DNA from: a virus
DNA: 61,667 nt
UHGV virus genome: UHGV-1383670
Reading direction: 5' to 3' (one strand)
In this document: piece by piece, positions 17,258-26,681 of the stretch
Layout of the letters: each line of letters starts with the position of its first letter
Numbering within the stretch: position 1 is the stretch's first letter
Program-made: the position numbers and the translations under genes
The notes under the pieces: model-generated
Databases searched by the model: none
Told to the model about the DNA's origin: nothing
Seen by the model: only the letters and a program-made list of their open reading frames with translations

Positions 17258-17739
17258 GCAAACGTTTTGGTCGCAACCAGCGCCGGAAGATGCGTGAACA
17301 GCTGGCAGCAGAGCAGGCTTCCGCTCAGTGGCATGAATCCCGCGCAAACTACTTCTCCGACCAGCTTTTCAACGCGCAACGCAGATATGACCAGCTGGAG
17401 AACGTCGCGAGGGCTTGGCTCGGCCCGAACCACCCTGCGTTCCCGGCCGGTAAGTTCGATCCAGGCTTCAAACCCCAGCCAGAAGACTCGCTCTTGCTGT
17501 GGGACGGCAACGGCCATCCTGTACCCGCGACAGTTATGCGGTTCGGCACACCGCGACTCGAAGAGGAACGCCGCGCGGTCCACTACATGCTTTACGCCGG
17601 GGATAAGCGTTTCGGGTACGCCCTTTCAGAGCACATCCTGCGTACGAAGAACGTTCCCCGCGACGCACTCGCGCGGTCTATCACCAGCGAGCTGGTGCAG
17701 CTGCTCCTCGATGCCATGGATAAGGAGCCGCGCAGATGA
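17254..17739 (+). CDS. Hypothetical protein
   Basis: ATG at 17254 overlapping the upstream stop. The track's longer frame 17134.. was rejected. Confidence 0.5.
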   Translation: MSKRFGRNQRRKMREQLAAEQASAQWHESRANYFSDQLFNAQRRYDQLENVARAWLGPNHPAFPAGKFDPGFKPQPEDSLLLWDGNGHPVPATVMRFGTPRLEEERRAVHYMLYAGDKRFGYALSEHILRTKNVPRDALARSITSELVQLLLDAMDKEPRR

Positions 17740-18041
17740 CCGCCCTCAACCGCTTAGGGCTGGCGCTGATTATCGCTGGCCCGATCAAAGAGAATATCGG
17801 CCGTTTCGTCACGACCATTCGCCACCTGGGCGAGCGCGAGTCGCCCGCCACTGGCGAGAAGTACGATTGCTGGCAGATCCTGGCGCCGCAGGGCAGGCCG
17901 CTGGTGGGCTACGACACGGACGGCGGGAAGAAACCGAGTTATTACGGCCCGTACCCCTCCGCCTGGCTCATGTGCATAGACGGCTCCGAACGGGGCTGGC
18001 TCGACTTCCGGCAACGCGATGTTGAAGGGGGTGCGTCTTGA
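17736..18041 (+). CDS. Hypothetical protein
   Basis: ORF with a 4-nt overlap. Confidence 0.45.
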   Translation: MTALNRLGLALIIAGPIKENIGRFVTTIRHLGERESPATGEKYDCWQILAPQGRPLVGYDTDGGKKPSYYGPYPSAWLMCIDGSERGWLDFRQRDVEGGAS

Positions 18042-18982
18042 GCCTCCTGTTTACCCGCAAGCCTATCGTCGTGAACGCCGACCTGGCCGACCGCATCGGC
18101 CTGAACGAGGCGATCGTGCTGCAGCAACTGAACTACTGGATATCGGACTCGACCGCCGGCGAGGAATTTGACGGCCGCAAATGGGTCTACAACACGTTCG
18201 AGGAGTGGCAGCGCGATAACTTCCCGTTCTGGTCAGTCGATACCGTCAAACGGACCTTCACAAAGCTCAAAAAGCTGGGGCTGGTGAAGGTCAAGCAGCT
18301 GCGTGCGTCGAAGCACGACCACACGAATTTCTACACAATTGACTACGCTCACGCCCTTCTCACCGATCAGGGCAATTTGCACCAATCGAACGGGGCAAAC
18401 TGCAACGACCCATCAGGGCAAAATGCACCAGCCCATCAGGGCAATTTGCCCCAACCCAACGGGGCAGAATGCACCAATCTTCATACAGAGACTACTACAG
18501 AGACTACTACAGAGATTTCTTCCGGCGCGGGAAATCCCGCTCCGGCCGGCGGTGGTTCTGGCGTGCCTGCAGTGTTGCCAGAACAGCAACAGCAGGACGA
18601 AAACCATAACGGACCCAGCTACGAACGGATCCGGGGTGTCTTTTGGGAATGGTTCGATGCTGCCTATCAGAAACGCTACAACACGACGATCCCGCGCAAT
18701 GCGAAGACCAACGCTCAGGTGAAGCAGCTGATACAGCGCCTGGGCAGGGAAGCGCCTGGCGTAGCGCGGTTCTACGTCGAGAACGTCACTGAACCCCGCG
18801 TGCTGGTGGCCAGTCATACGCTCGACTTCCTGCTGCTGAACGCCGAGGGCTACCGCACTCAGTGGCTCAACGGCCGCGCAATGACGCAGGGCCGTGCCCG
18901 CCAGATCGACATGACGCAGACGAACGCCAGCGCCGCCGAGGAAGCAAAAGCGATGCTGCGCGCCAGGAGGGAGGCTAACTGA
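18038..18982 (+). CDS. Replication initiator, lambda O-like (N-terminal replisome-organizer HTH); contains the iteron array
   Basis: N-terminus LADRIGLNEAIVLQQLNYWI. Five ~18-bp iterons inside the coding sequence, plus a C-terminal domain. Confidence 0.6.
   Translation: MSLLFTRKPIVVNADLADRIGLNEAIVLQQLNYWISDSTAGEEFDGRKWVYNTFEEWQRDNFPFWSVDTVKRTFTKLKKLGLVKVKQLRASKHDHTNFYTIDYAHALLTDQGNLHQSNGANCNDPSGQNAPAHQGNLPQPNGAECTNLHTETTTETTTEISSGAGNPAPAGGGSGVPAVLPEQQQQDENHNGPSYERIRGVFWEWFDAAYQKRYNTTIPRNAKTNAQVKQLIQRLGREAPGVARFYVENVTEPRVLVASHTLDFLLLNAEGYRTQWLNGRAMTQGRARQIDMTQTNASAAEEAKAMLRARREAN
18360..18485 (+). repeat. Iteron array (candidate origin of replication); 5 imperfect copies of CAGGGCAA(A/T)(A/T)TGCACC-like repeats
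   Basis: cagggcaatttgcacc / acggggcaaactgcaacg / cagggcaaaatgcacc / cagggcaatttgcccc / acggggcagaatgcacc, followed by the tandem repeat acagagactact x2.5 (18487-18516). Confidence 0.55.
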
Positions 18983-19764
18983 TGACGCCAGACGAACAGG
19001 ATCAGCTGGTGGATATGCTTGCCGTCACTGGCGAGGTGATGGGGAACGAGTTGAAGCCGGCGGTAATCATGCTGATGGTGAAGGATCTCTCTGAGTACCC
19101 TTTCCACCAGGTGATGAAAGCACTGGAGCGCGTCAGAAAGGAATCCACCGGCAAGCTGACGCTAAAGGCCATCATCGACATCATTGCGCCTGGCGGTGGC
19201 TGGGTTAGCGCGAACGAGGCCTGGGCGCTGGCGCTGCCGGCACACGACGAGGCGGCCACCATCGTCTGGACCCCGGAGATTGCGAAGGCCTGGCAGGTCG
19301 CGAAGCCTATCCTCGATGCCGGCGACAAAATCGGCGCCAGGATGGCTTTCATCCCCGCGTACGAAAGGCTGGTGGAGCAGGCTCGCCAGGCAGGGCGCCA
19401 ACCGCATTTCGAGGTATCCGCCGGCTGGGATCCGAACATGCGTGATGCGGCCATTCAGAAGGCGGTCACGGCCGGCCTTCTTCCGCCACCCAGGTCGGAA
19501 CCAATGATTGCGCTGCCGCCTCCGGAGATGGACAAGCAGTTCATGATCCTCCCGGAGCGTGGCGAAGTGCAGGACCGCCGCGACGCCCTGGCCGCGAAGA
19601 TGCGGGAGTGGGCGCAGTCGATGCGCACCGACAACCAGCAGGAACAGCGCGATCGGGAACGCCTGCGAGAGGAGGAGCGGCAGAGGTTCGAAGCCCGCAA
19701 AGCGGAGGTGGTTGCCCAGGCGATGGCTATGGAGGAGGAGAGAAAACAACCAGACCCCTCTTAA
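18982..19764 (+). CDS. Replication protein (P-like / helicase-loader candidate)
   Basis: ATGA overlap with the O-like gene. Position matches a replication module. No motif recognised. Confidence 0.4.
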   Translation: MTPDEQDQLVDMLAVTGEVMGNELKPAVIMLMVKDLSEYPFHQVMKALERVRKESTGKLTLKAIIDIIAPGGGWVSANEAWALALPAHDEAATIVWTPEIAKAWQVAKPILDAGDKIGARMAFIPAYERLVEQARQAGRQPHFEVSAGWDPNMRDAAIQKAVTAGLLPPPRSEPMIALPPPEMDKQFMILPERGEVQDRRDALAAKMREWAQSMRTDNQQEQRDRERLREEERQRFEARKAEVVAQAMAMEEERKQPDPS

Positions 19765-19772
19765 AACGAAAC

Positions 19773-19800
19773 AGGAGCGCCATAGAGCGCTCCTTTTCTT
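19773..19800. terminator. Bidirectional rho-independent terminator
   Basis: An A-run, then aggagcgc-cataga-gcgctcct, then TTTTCTT. Between convergent operons. Confidence 0.55.
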
Positions 19801-19821
19801 TCGGGGTGGTAACGTGTAGGG

Positions 19822-20019
19822 TTAGTCGCGTTTAACGCCGGCGTGCTCATCCAGCAGCGTATTTATCAGTTCCTCGCGGGTCATGTCTCTGTTAGCCGCA
19901 AACCGATCCAGAATTTCCAGCGTCTCGACTTTCAGCCAGATGGAGATCCGTTTGTCGCCTGCAGCTGCGCGACGAGCTGCGTACGCCCGGGAGCGTTTCA
20001 CTGTGCTTTCAGCCTGCAT
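19822..20019 (-). CDS. Ribbon-helix-helix (CopG/Arc-like) DNA-binding protein candidate
   Basis: KRISIWLKVETLEILDRFAANRDMTREELINTLL is a beta-strand followed by two helices. Confidence 0.35.
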   Translation of the reverse strand: MQAESTVKRSRAYAARRAAAGDKRISIWLKVETLEILDRFAANRDMTREELINTLLDEHAGVKRD

Positions 20020-20212
20020 GGTCGAACCCCGCCGGCTGTTCCAGTATTCCCTCGATCGGGAAGCACTCGTATTGCGGCGCCTGCAGCCGCTGCTGTCTCA
20101 TGTCCGCCAGGCAGTTCGCCTCGTCCGGGTATACCCAGCCCTGCGGGACGTACGAGCACTGGCCATTCAGCGCACAGACCTGCAGGAACAGGCCGAAGAT
20201 CTCCGCCTTCAT
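20009..20212 (-). CDS. Hypothetical small protein
   Basis: ORF with overlaps. Confidence 0.3.
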   Translation of the reverse strand: MKAEIFGLFLQVCALNGQCSYVPQGWVYPDEANCLADMRQQRLQAPQYECFPIEGILEQPAGFDHAG

Positions 20213-20427
20213 GAGCGCCCCCTTGCTGCCTGGCGTTCACGCCACAAAGCCCGCTCGCAGAACGCGGCACGGCGCTGGCAATACTCCACCTGGTCCGCAT
20301 TGTGGCGGTCGCGTGCGTTCTCCTCTGCCACGCGCCACAGCTTCGTGGCGTGCGCCAGCTCGCCTTCGCGCTCATACTGCGCCGCCCGGGTCACGACTTC
20401 CCGGTACCGTCCGATGTTCGACTTCAT
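20209..20427 (-). CDS. Small helical protein, possibly an ANR-family regulator
   Basis: Y..VVTRAAQYEREGELAHATKLWRVAEE...N..WCQRRAAFCERA resembles ANR-family small regulators. Confidence 0.3.
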   Translation of the reverse strand: MKSNIGRYREVVTRAAQYEREGELAHATKLWRVAEENARDRHNADQVEYCQRRAAFCERALWRERQAARGRS

Positions 20428-20804
20428 ACGCCCCCCGATTTCTTGTCGCTGGTTAGGGCGATGAAAGCTGCCTGCAGGTGGTTAACCTCCTCAACGGTCA
20501 GTGATTCCGGCTTGCGCTGCATGCACAGCGTCCGGATGCCTTCTGCGATGTCGTGCAGTCTGGCCCACAGCCGAACGTCCTGCTGGTACGCTTCCAGCGT
20601 CGCATAGATGGCGGTGTACGGCGGGTTTTCGAGCTTGCCGGTATCCCGCATCACCCGCGCACCACCAGCCAGGGTGATGTACTTCGGCCCGTTCGCGGTG
20701 ATTTGGCGCTCGACAACGCCACCAGGGTTATGGCGTGGCAGCAGGACGGTATCGCCCGGGCGCAGGGAGTTTAGCCAGGTCTTGCGAGGTGTGCGGTTAG
20801 CCAT
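20424..20804 (-). CDS. Hypothetical protein
   Basis: ORF with a 4-nt overlap. Confidence 0.45.
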   Translation of the reverse strand: MANRTPRKTWLNSLRPGDTVLLPRHNPGGVVERQITANGPKYITLAGGARVMRDTGKLENPPYTAIYATLEAYQQDVRLWARLHDIAEGIRTLCMQRKPESLTVEEVNHLQAAFIALTSDKKSGGV

Positions 20805-21492
20805 GGCGCGGAGCCTCCCATTCAGCGAGGTTTACCGCCGGCTCACAGGAGTAAGTCGGCATCGTAAGGCGATCGATAATGTCCAGGGCGCGGCCTAACA
20901 TTTCCAGCGCAGCCGCTGGTGCAATTCCTGCGCTGTTTTCCGGTGTTTCGCCGGAGCGTTTGCGCAGCTTCTGCACAATTCCCTCCAGATTATCGCGCTC
21001 GGCGCAGAGCATCCCGATCTTGTCCGACTCCAGGCGCACGTCGCCCACCGATGCGTAGTTGATGCCCAGCTGGTCGCGGATGTGCATGATGCGGGCATTC
21101 AGCGTCTCGTTCTCCGCCACCAGCTCTCCGACCCGGATCATCGCCAGGGATACATCCTGGCCGGCCAGCACGCCGACAGCGTGGCCGATTTTGTGCAGCA
21201 GCTGCGCCTGGCCCTGCAGCTGGGCCATTTGGCTTTTGAGGATTTGCGGGGCGTTGTCGTAGTCCTGGCCATCGATGCCGGCAGCTTCCAGCAGCTGGTC
21301 GATGAAGGCGTCGCGCTTGTCGCGCAGCTCCATCAGCTCCTGAGTCTGCTGCAGGTCATGACCCTTGCGTTCGACCAGCTCAATCGCCGCCTGCATAACC
21401 TGCTGCAGCCGCGTACCCATGGTGACGTTCTGGTGGATTTCACGAAGGCCATCGGCAATCAGCTTGGTTTCACAATCTTTCTCGTTGTTCAC
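20797..21492 (-). CDS. Coiled-coil hypothetical protein
   Basis: Heptad-rich 231-aa ORF. Confidence 0.5.
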   Translation of the reverse strand: MNNEKDCETKLIADGLREIHQNVTMGTRLQQVMQAAIELVERKGHDLQQTQELMELRDKRDAFIDQLLEAAGIDGQDYDNAPQILKSQMAQLQGQAQLLHKIGHAVGVLAGQDVSLAMIRVGELVAENETLNARIMHIRDQLGINYASVGDVRLESDKIGMLCAERDNLEGIVQKLRKRSGETPENSAGIAPAAALEMLGRALDIIDRLTMPTYSCEPAVNLAEWEAPRHG

Positions 21493-21526
21493 ATAGTGTC
21501 CTTACCCGCTGGTGGCGGGCGTCTGG

Positions 21527-22108
21527 TTATTGTTTACGTCTACGGAATATCGCCACTTCCAGCTTTGCGGTGGTCACAGCGACAGGTTTAAGTTCTGCCG
21601 GCAGCTCATTGAACCCGGTGCGGGTCAGCTGCAGGTGCTCGGCGTTCGTAATCAGGACCAGGTTGCCCGGGTCACAGTTCGTCTTATCGCCGTCCAGGAA
21701 CCGCAGGACCATGCCCTTCGGCATCGGACGGCCGTTTGCCTCTTCCCACACCAGGTGTTGCTTGTACCGCCAGCGGTTCGGCTCAGCGACCTTCACCTTA
21801 AGATAGCCATCGGTATCGGTGATTTCGGTGCCGACCGGCTGGTGGTTGTGGGGAAGGTTTCCCTTTTTGAACGCTGTAGCGTTTGGCTTGCCCTTCTGCG
21901 CTCCGGATCCTGGCGGCCGCTGCTGCCCTTTCACGAACCGGCCATCACGGCCGGTCTTGAAGCCAAAGCGCTTGCCGGCGCTGCGTAACGCCTTCGCGTT
22001 CGTGGCCGTCCCCCAGCGTTCGTTGAAACGCGCCACCAGCTCGGCGTCAGTCAGCGCGTAGTGCCACTGCAGCCACAGCTTCACCTCCGGCGTGAATTGC
22101 ACGGTCAT
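21527..22108 (-). CDS. HNH endonuclease (HNH_3 with an AP2-like domain)
   Basis: GYLKVKV...YKQHLVWEEANGRPMPKGMVLRFLDGDKTNCDPGNLVLITNAEH. Confidence 0.75.
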   Translation of the reverse strand: MTVQFTPEVKLWLQWHYALTDAELVARFNERWGTATNAKALRSAGKRFGFKTGRDGRFVKGQQRPPGSGAQKGKPNATAFKKGNLPHNHQPVGTEITDTDGYLKVKVAEPNRWRYKQHLVWEEANGRPMPKGMVLRFLDGDKTNCDPGNLVLITNAEHLQLTRTGFNELPAELKPVAVTTAKLEVAIFRRRKQ

Positions 22109-22352
22109 TGGTCGATAGCCTTCTTACCGACCTGCAGAACCTCCGGCATGTCGGTGGTTTTGCGGTTGCCGCGCTCAATCTCCGCATCGAGCACCAGGCG
22201 GGCGTTACTGATGACCTGCTGCGCTATGCCGGTGATCGCCTTGGAACGGCCGATTTCCTTCTGCAGCTCTTCACCCTTCAACTCCTCGTCGTTCAGGCGC
22301 TCCAGCTGGGCGAACAGGTGGTTGTTCAGGTCTGACAGGGAGTTTTTCACGA
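22105..22352 (-). CDS. Hypothetical protein (GTG start overlapping the upstream stop)
   Basis: GTGA overlap at 22347-22352. The longer ATG frame overlaps the upstream gene by 40 nt. Confidence 0.4.
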
Positions 22353-23126
22353 TGCACCCCCGTCCAGGCGGTGGCCCCACACGCAAACCGGATCGTCAAC
22401 AAACTCTTCAATGGCCAGCAGGAACCAGCCGGCGCCGTTCGGCGGTACGATGGTCCAGTTCGAGTAGTCATCTAGCAACACCTCTTCCGCTGGTGGCGCG
22501 ACCAGGTAGGTGGTGGTGAACGTCATGGCCTGGTCGCGGAACCATTCGGCATAGCGCTGGCTCGCCTCCCGGCCGGTACCGAAGCGAGGATAAGCAGGGT
22601 GGCGCCACAGGCCGCGATCGTCGCGCACGACCGGCACAGCGTTCACTGGCAGCTTAATGAGCGTATCCGCCAGCTGCATGCCAGGGAGAACGCGGTCTAA
22701 CACCTGTTCAGCCAGGCGCTCGTCGATGCACTCAGGTACAGACAGGCCGACACCTTCAATAATGGTCCCAATGACGTGAGCCAGGCGGTCGCGCTGCTCG
22801 GTGACGATATCGAGGCGCAGACGCAGCTCCCGTTCGCGCTCAAGCGCGTGCCAGCTCTGGCCGGTGCGTACGGACTGCATGACACCCTCGACCTGCTCAG
22901 GGGTGAGGGCAGTAAGCTGCTTATCGGTGTGGAGGATAACTTTGCTGGCATCCCAATCGATGCCGACATGGATCCCGATAACATCCACGGTAGGGGTGCC
23001 GGTCAGGCCGCCAGGGTTATGCAGGCGGACGGTCAGACGGCGTTCCTGGTGCTCTGGTGCGTGCTCAGCCAGGTTGGTAAGACGGGCGGCGGCTTCGGCC
23101 ACGGTTACAGCGTTCACATTTTTCAC
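22347..23126 (-). CDS. Hypothetical protein
   Basis: 259-aa ORF. Confidence 0.5.
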   Translation of the reverse strand: MKNVNAVTVAEAAARLTNLAEHAPEHQERRLTVRLHNPGGLTGTPTVDVIGIHVGIDWDASKVILHTDKQLTALTPEQVEGVMQSVRTGQSWHALERERELRLRLDIVTEQRDRLAHVIGTIIEGVGLSVPECIDERLAEQVLDRVLPGMQLADTLIKLPVNAVPVVRDDRGLWRHPAYPRFGTGREASQRYAEWFRDQAMTFTTTYLVAPPAEEVLLDDYSNWTIVPPNGAGWFLLAIEEFVDDPVCVWGHRLDGGAS

Positions 23127-23172
23127 AATCCTTTCCTCGCTTGTGTTGGTTGGTAGCCCACAGGGCTGGTGG

Positions 23173-23478
23173 TTATTCGTGCTCGACTTCCTGCAGCCAG
23201 CTGCGGAAAGCCTCTTCCGCCTCTTTGGCCTGTTCGGGCAACAGTCTGTCGATCGTCACAATCGGGTATTTGATGGTCATGGCATTGCCCCGGCGCGTGA
23301 AGATAGGCAGCTGCTGACCCAGCTCGATGTTACGGACTGTCACCTTCGTGCCTATCCATAAACGGGCCTGGAACGGCTGGCAGTCGATGACAATGCCGTC
23401 CTTCACGTACCAGTCCAGGAAGTCCTGGCCGTGGTCGGCAAACTCAATCCGATAGACGGTGCCGCGTTCCAGTTTCAT
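23173..23478 (-). CDS. Hypothetical protein
   Basis: ORF with a 4-nt overlap. Confidence 0.45.
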   Translation of the reverse strand: MKLERGTVYRIEFADHGQDFLDWYVKDGIVIDCQPFQARLWIGTKVTVRNIELGQQLPIFTRRGNAMTIKYPIVTIDRLLPEQAKEAEEAFRSWLQEVEHE

Positions 23479-24056
23479 TCTGCGGCCTCCGCTGGGCGGT
23501 GACGCAGGCGCCGGCTGTCCACGTACACTTCTACCAGCTGCTTTTCCTTCCGGCGCGGTGGCTGCGTGATAGTGGCCACACGTACGTCCAGCGGCTCGCG
23601 GTAGTAAGGATTGCCGGAGTTGTTGTCATCGTGGTCCATTATCGGCTCTGCCAGGACGGCGGTAACTACCATCACCGCATCAGGACCAGGCATGTTGCGA
23701 TTGCCCAGCCCGTCCTTCCAGATAACCTCGTCGCCTACCTGGAACGCTACGGCTTCCGGCTCCATCAGGCGGCGGGTCCAGACGCGCAGCAGGTCAAGAT
23801 CGCTGGTGGTAGTCAGCGGCAGACCTTGTTTAACGACAACGAAATTAACGCAGCTGTCAGCGTCAACGGGCGTCTCGATGGCATCGTCATCCGCCGCAAT
23901 CAGTCTGAAACCCAATGCCGTGCGGCCGACAATGGCTTGGTAGCTATTGCCGGCAGTAAAGCCATTCCAGGAGTTCTGGCATTCCAGCAGCACGGCCGTG
24001 TTGTCGCGGGTGCAGGCCGCAATGAGCTGGTTCAGTTCTACAATGTTCATGGGCAT
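23475..24056 (-). CDS. Hypothetical protein
   Basis: 193-aa ORF. Confidence 0.5.
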   Translation of the reverse strand: MPMNIVELNQLIAACTRDNTAVLLECQNSWNGFTAGNSYQAIVGRTALGFRLIAADDDAIETPVDADSCVNFVVVKQGLPLTTTSDLDLLRVWTRRLMEPEAVAFQVGDEVIWKDGLGNRNMPGPDAVMVVTAVLAEPIMDHDDNNSGNPYYREPLDVRVATITQPPRRKEKQLVEVYVDSRRLRHRPAEAAE

Positions 24057-24109
24057 TCTCTCTGTGTGGATTCATTCCTGCGCCCGCTGGGGACGCAGGG
24101 TGAAGCCAC

Positions 24110-24802
24110 TCAGAGGGCGGCAGACACGTCGCGCAGCGCCGCCAGCCAGGATTTGCGCACAGCTTTGTGGTTCGAGGCGTCCAGGGTGTCGTAGACGGCA
24201 TCTACCTTATGCGCGGCCGTGAGATAGCCGGCATTACGCAGCGTCTCCACCAGCTCTTCGTGTTCCCCAATGACGCCGCCGAAACTGTTCGCGCCGGCGT
24301 GGATGGCCTGGGCGATGATGGCGCGGATAGTCTCACTGCGCGATTGGTTCATCCCCAGCGCTTCGGCGTGGGCCGCGTCCAATTGGTCGGCCTTGAACGA
24401 GCGGGCGCTTGCCTTGATGTCGAATTCTTCGTTCATTTCCAGCGCTTCGGCGTGGGCGGCTTCAATATTCGCCGCCAGTGCTTTGGCGTGTGTTTCGCGC
24501 GCCTTGAGAACCTTGGTGTCCACTGGCTGGTCGCCGGTAGCACGCTGGGCGGCCTCATAGGCCTCAGCTTCCTCTTTCGATGCAAACTCCACGCGAAAGC
24601 CGTGGGGGCAGCGGTCGATACGGTCAGCCGCGAAGACCATCACAACGTGCCTGGTTTTGGTGAAGCCTTCATAGGATTGGTAAGAGGTGGTGGTGATGTT
24701 GAATTGTTTCAGAGCTGCGCGAAACTCATCGCCGCCGGTCAGGAATTTATCGGTCATGTACTGGAGAAGAGATTTAACTACTGCGCGGTCTTGAGTATTC
24801 AT
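24110..24802 (-). CDS. Hypothetical early protein with an internal repeat (AAHAEAL(E/G)MN); first gene of the leftward early operon
   Basis: Start set at MNTQDRAVV (RBS ACGAGG). The N-terminal extension of the track ORF runs into AT-rich promoter DNA. Confidence 0.5.
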   Translation of the reverse strand: MNTQDRAVVKSLLQYMTDKFLTGGDEFRAALKQFNITTTSYQSYEGFTKTRHVVMVFAADRIDRCPHGFRVEFASKEEAEAYEAAQRATGDQPVDTKVLKARETHAKALAANIEAAHAEALEMNEEFDIKASARSFKADQLDAAHAEALGMNQSRSETIRAIIAQAIHAGANSFGGVIGEHEELVETLRNAGYLTAAHKVDAVYDTLDASNHKAVRKSWLAALRDVSAAL

Positions 24803-24925
24803 GGGGGTTGCCTCGTTTTTGTTGTTGGCGCAATACTGCGCTGGAGTTATTATTTTAGAATGGCGTGAGCGCTCACGCAAGTAATATTGGCGATTATGGA
24901 AATAATATTTGCAGTATTGGAACGG
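24803..24925. promoter_or_regulatory. AT-rich promoter/operator region with the perfect 16-bp palindrome GCGTGAGCGCTCACGC (24866-24881)
   Basis: Perfect palindrome with AATATTGG-type repeats nearby. Upstream of the leftward operon. Confidence 0.35.
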
Positions 24926-25180
24926 TTTTATTATTGTTTGTGCCGGAATAACTGCAGGGCCACCTGGCACATGTGGGGCGGGGCGTATCACCTAGCCCGG
25001 GGGCATCGTCAGAATGTGCAAGCCGCCCTTTTTCCAGGGGTATCCACCGGTAGCTGCGCCGGCGGCGACAGAGCAGCAAACCAACCAGCTCGATGAGAAA
25101 GGGCATTCCGCAACGCTGCCCTTTCTCATCAAGCCCACCTAAGAGGTGTTGCCTATCCAGGGTTCAAATCTCGCTCTCAT

Positions 25181-25446
25181 TCACAACACCATCCATGCGA
25201 TACCATGGCAGACGCCAGAGACTGTTTTACCCATCCCGGCCCAAACACCGGTCATTTCCTCCCCCAGCAGCTCCAGAGCGATCCTGATTTCCTCGTTGAG
25301 TTGACGAGTTCCCGTCCAGTTCACCCAGCCCGTTAAATCGGGTTCGGTATACAACCAGCGCGCGTTCTGGACCCTGAATACGCCGCTAGGCAGGTCTATT
25401 TGCTCCCAGGCAAGCCAGCGGCTGGCCTCTCCAGCGAGTGTTTGCA
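25181..25446 (-). CDS. Hypothetical small protein (MQTLAGEASRWLAWEQ...)
   Basis: Only the C-terminal 88 aa of the track ORF look like coding sequence. Confidence 0.3.
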
Positions 25447-25540
25447 TTCTGTAACTCCTGTTTCTACAATCGCAACAGCAACGCCGCTTTGATTCCTCGG
25501 CGCGATCGCAGGAGTCAATACTGAGTCTGAAAAAATCATT

Positions 25541-26326
25541 ATGTCCACAGGAAACGCAAAGGTTAAAGCTGCCAAACGCAAACGCCCCTTGACGCCGAAG
25601 CAACAGCGATTCGTCGAAGAGCTGCTTGCAGACGAGGATATGCGAGCCACAGTCGCATACCAGCGGGCCTTCAGATGCTCCCAACGGGTGGCAGAAGTCA
25701 ACGCATCCAGGTTGCTAAGATCGGCTAGGGTGCAGGAAGAAATTTCCATCGCGATGGAGGAGCGCTCAAAACGCATCAGTCTCACTCACGACGATGTGTT
25801 GAGACGCCTGTTCGCGATGATGACGGCCGACACGAACGACATCGTTCAGTTCCGCCGGACCTGCTGCCGCCACTGCTACGGAAAAGGCCATGAGTTCCAG
25901 TGGCGTAACCAGGAGGAGTTTGAGAGGGCGGTAGCCGTTGAAGCCAAAGAGGCAGCGGACGAAGAGCGTAAGCCGCGTGTGATTACGAACGCCGGCGGCT
26001 ATGGCTACGACGAATCACTCATGCCGCATGAAGATTGCCCGAAGTGCAATGGCGAGGGCTTTGGCCACATGCACGTTAACGATACGCGGCTACTGAAAGG
26101 CGGCGCCCGTCTCATCTACGCGGGCATGGAGCAGACCAAAGAGGGCATCAAGCCCAAACTGGTCGATAAGGCGGTGATCATCGACAAGGTGATGCGCCAC
26201 CTGGGCATGTTCAACGACAAGCTCACGCTCAAGGGTGATACTGAGGACCCGCTCACACTTCTGGTGCAGCAGCTGCCTGGCGCAATCATCCGTCCGAAGT
26301 CCCAGGACGACGAGGGCGAAGACTAA
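25541..26326 (+). CDS. Terminase small subunit (P27 / Terminase_2 family)
   Basis: LTPKQQRFVEELL motif. Position immediately upstream of the large terminase. Confidence 0.75.
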   Translation: MSTGNAKVKAAKRKRPLTPKQQRFVEELLADEDMRATVAYQRAFRCSQRVAEVNASRLLRSARVQEEISIAMEERSKRISLTHDDVLRRLFAMMTADTNDIVQFRRTCCRHCYGKGHEFQWRNQEEFERAVAVEAKEAADEERKPRVITNAGGYGYDESLMPHEDCPKCNGEGFGHMHVNDTRLLKGGARLIYAGMEQTKEGIKPKLVDKAVIIDKVMRHLGMFNDKLTLKGDTEDPLTLLVQQLPGAIIRPKSQDDEGED

Positions 26327-26541
26327 TGCCGCGCCAGTGTGGAAAGCATCTTGAGCCGCTTAGCAGTCTCCGGCCATTCAGCGCGGAGACTGAGCGCTTT
26401 GGTTGCCAGCTCCACCAGGCGCGTGGCGCCGTTCTTCTCCCACGCAACATAGGTTCGCCGGCTGACGCCCAGCTCTTCCGCTGCGCGTTCCTGCGACCAG
26501 CCCATACCCACGCGCCAGATGCGCAGCTCGAAACCACCCAT
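26323..26541 (-). CDS. XRE-family HTH protein encoded antisense between terS and terL
   Basis: MGWSQERAAEELGVSRRTYVAWEKNGATRLVEL is an HTH. Overlaps the terS stop by 4 nt. Confidence 0.45.
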   Translation of the reverse strand: MGGFELRIWRVGMGWSQERAAEELGVSRRTYVAWEKNGATRLVELATKALSLRAEWPETAKRLKMLSTLARH

Positions 26542-26681
26542 GCTCACCCCCTGATATTGATCTGCCGAAATTTGCACATGCACCACGGCATTATAGCCAC
26601 TGAATGTGCAGAACCTGCGCTTTTACGTGAAAAAAATCGCATAACTGATCGCACTGGCTCGCAGATTTGGCGGAGGTGCGC

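Noticed and set aside
24887-25106. ORFs 24887..25096 (+) and 24894..25106 (-) in the terS-upstream spacer
   Set aside because: Mutually overlapping, no RBS, and Cys/Arg-rich composition. The region is more likely regulatory, or cos/pac, and non-coding.
25091-25126. 11-bp-stem hairpin gagaaagggca...tgccctttctc
   Set aside because: No flanking U-tract on either strand, so it was not called a terminator. It could be a packaging or regulatory hairpin.
25140-25175. GGTTCAAATC tRNA T-loop-like sequence at ~25150
   Set aside because: No complementary T-stem, acceptor stem or anticodon arm can be formed in either orientation, so it is not a tRNA or tRNA fragment.
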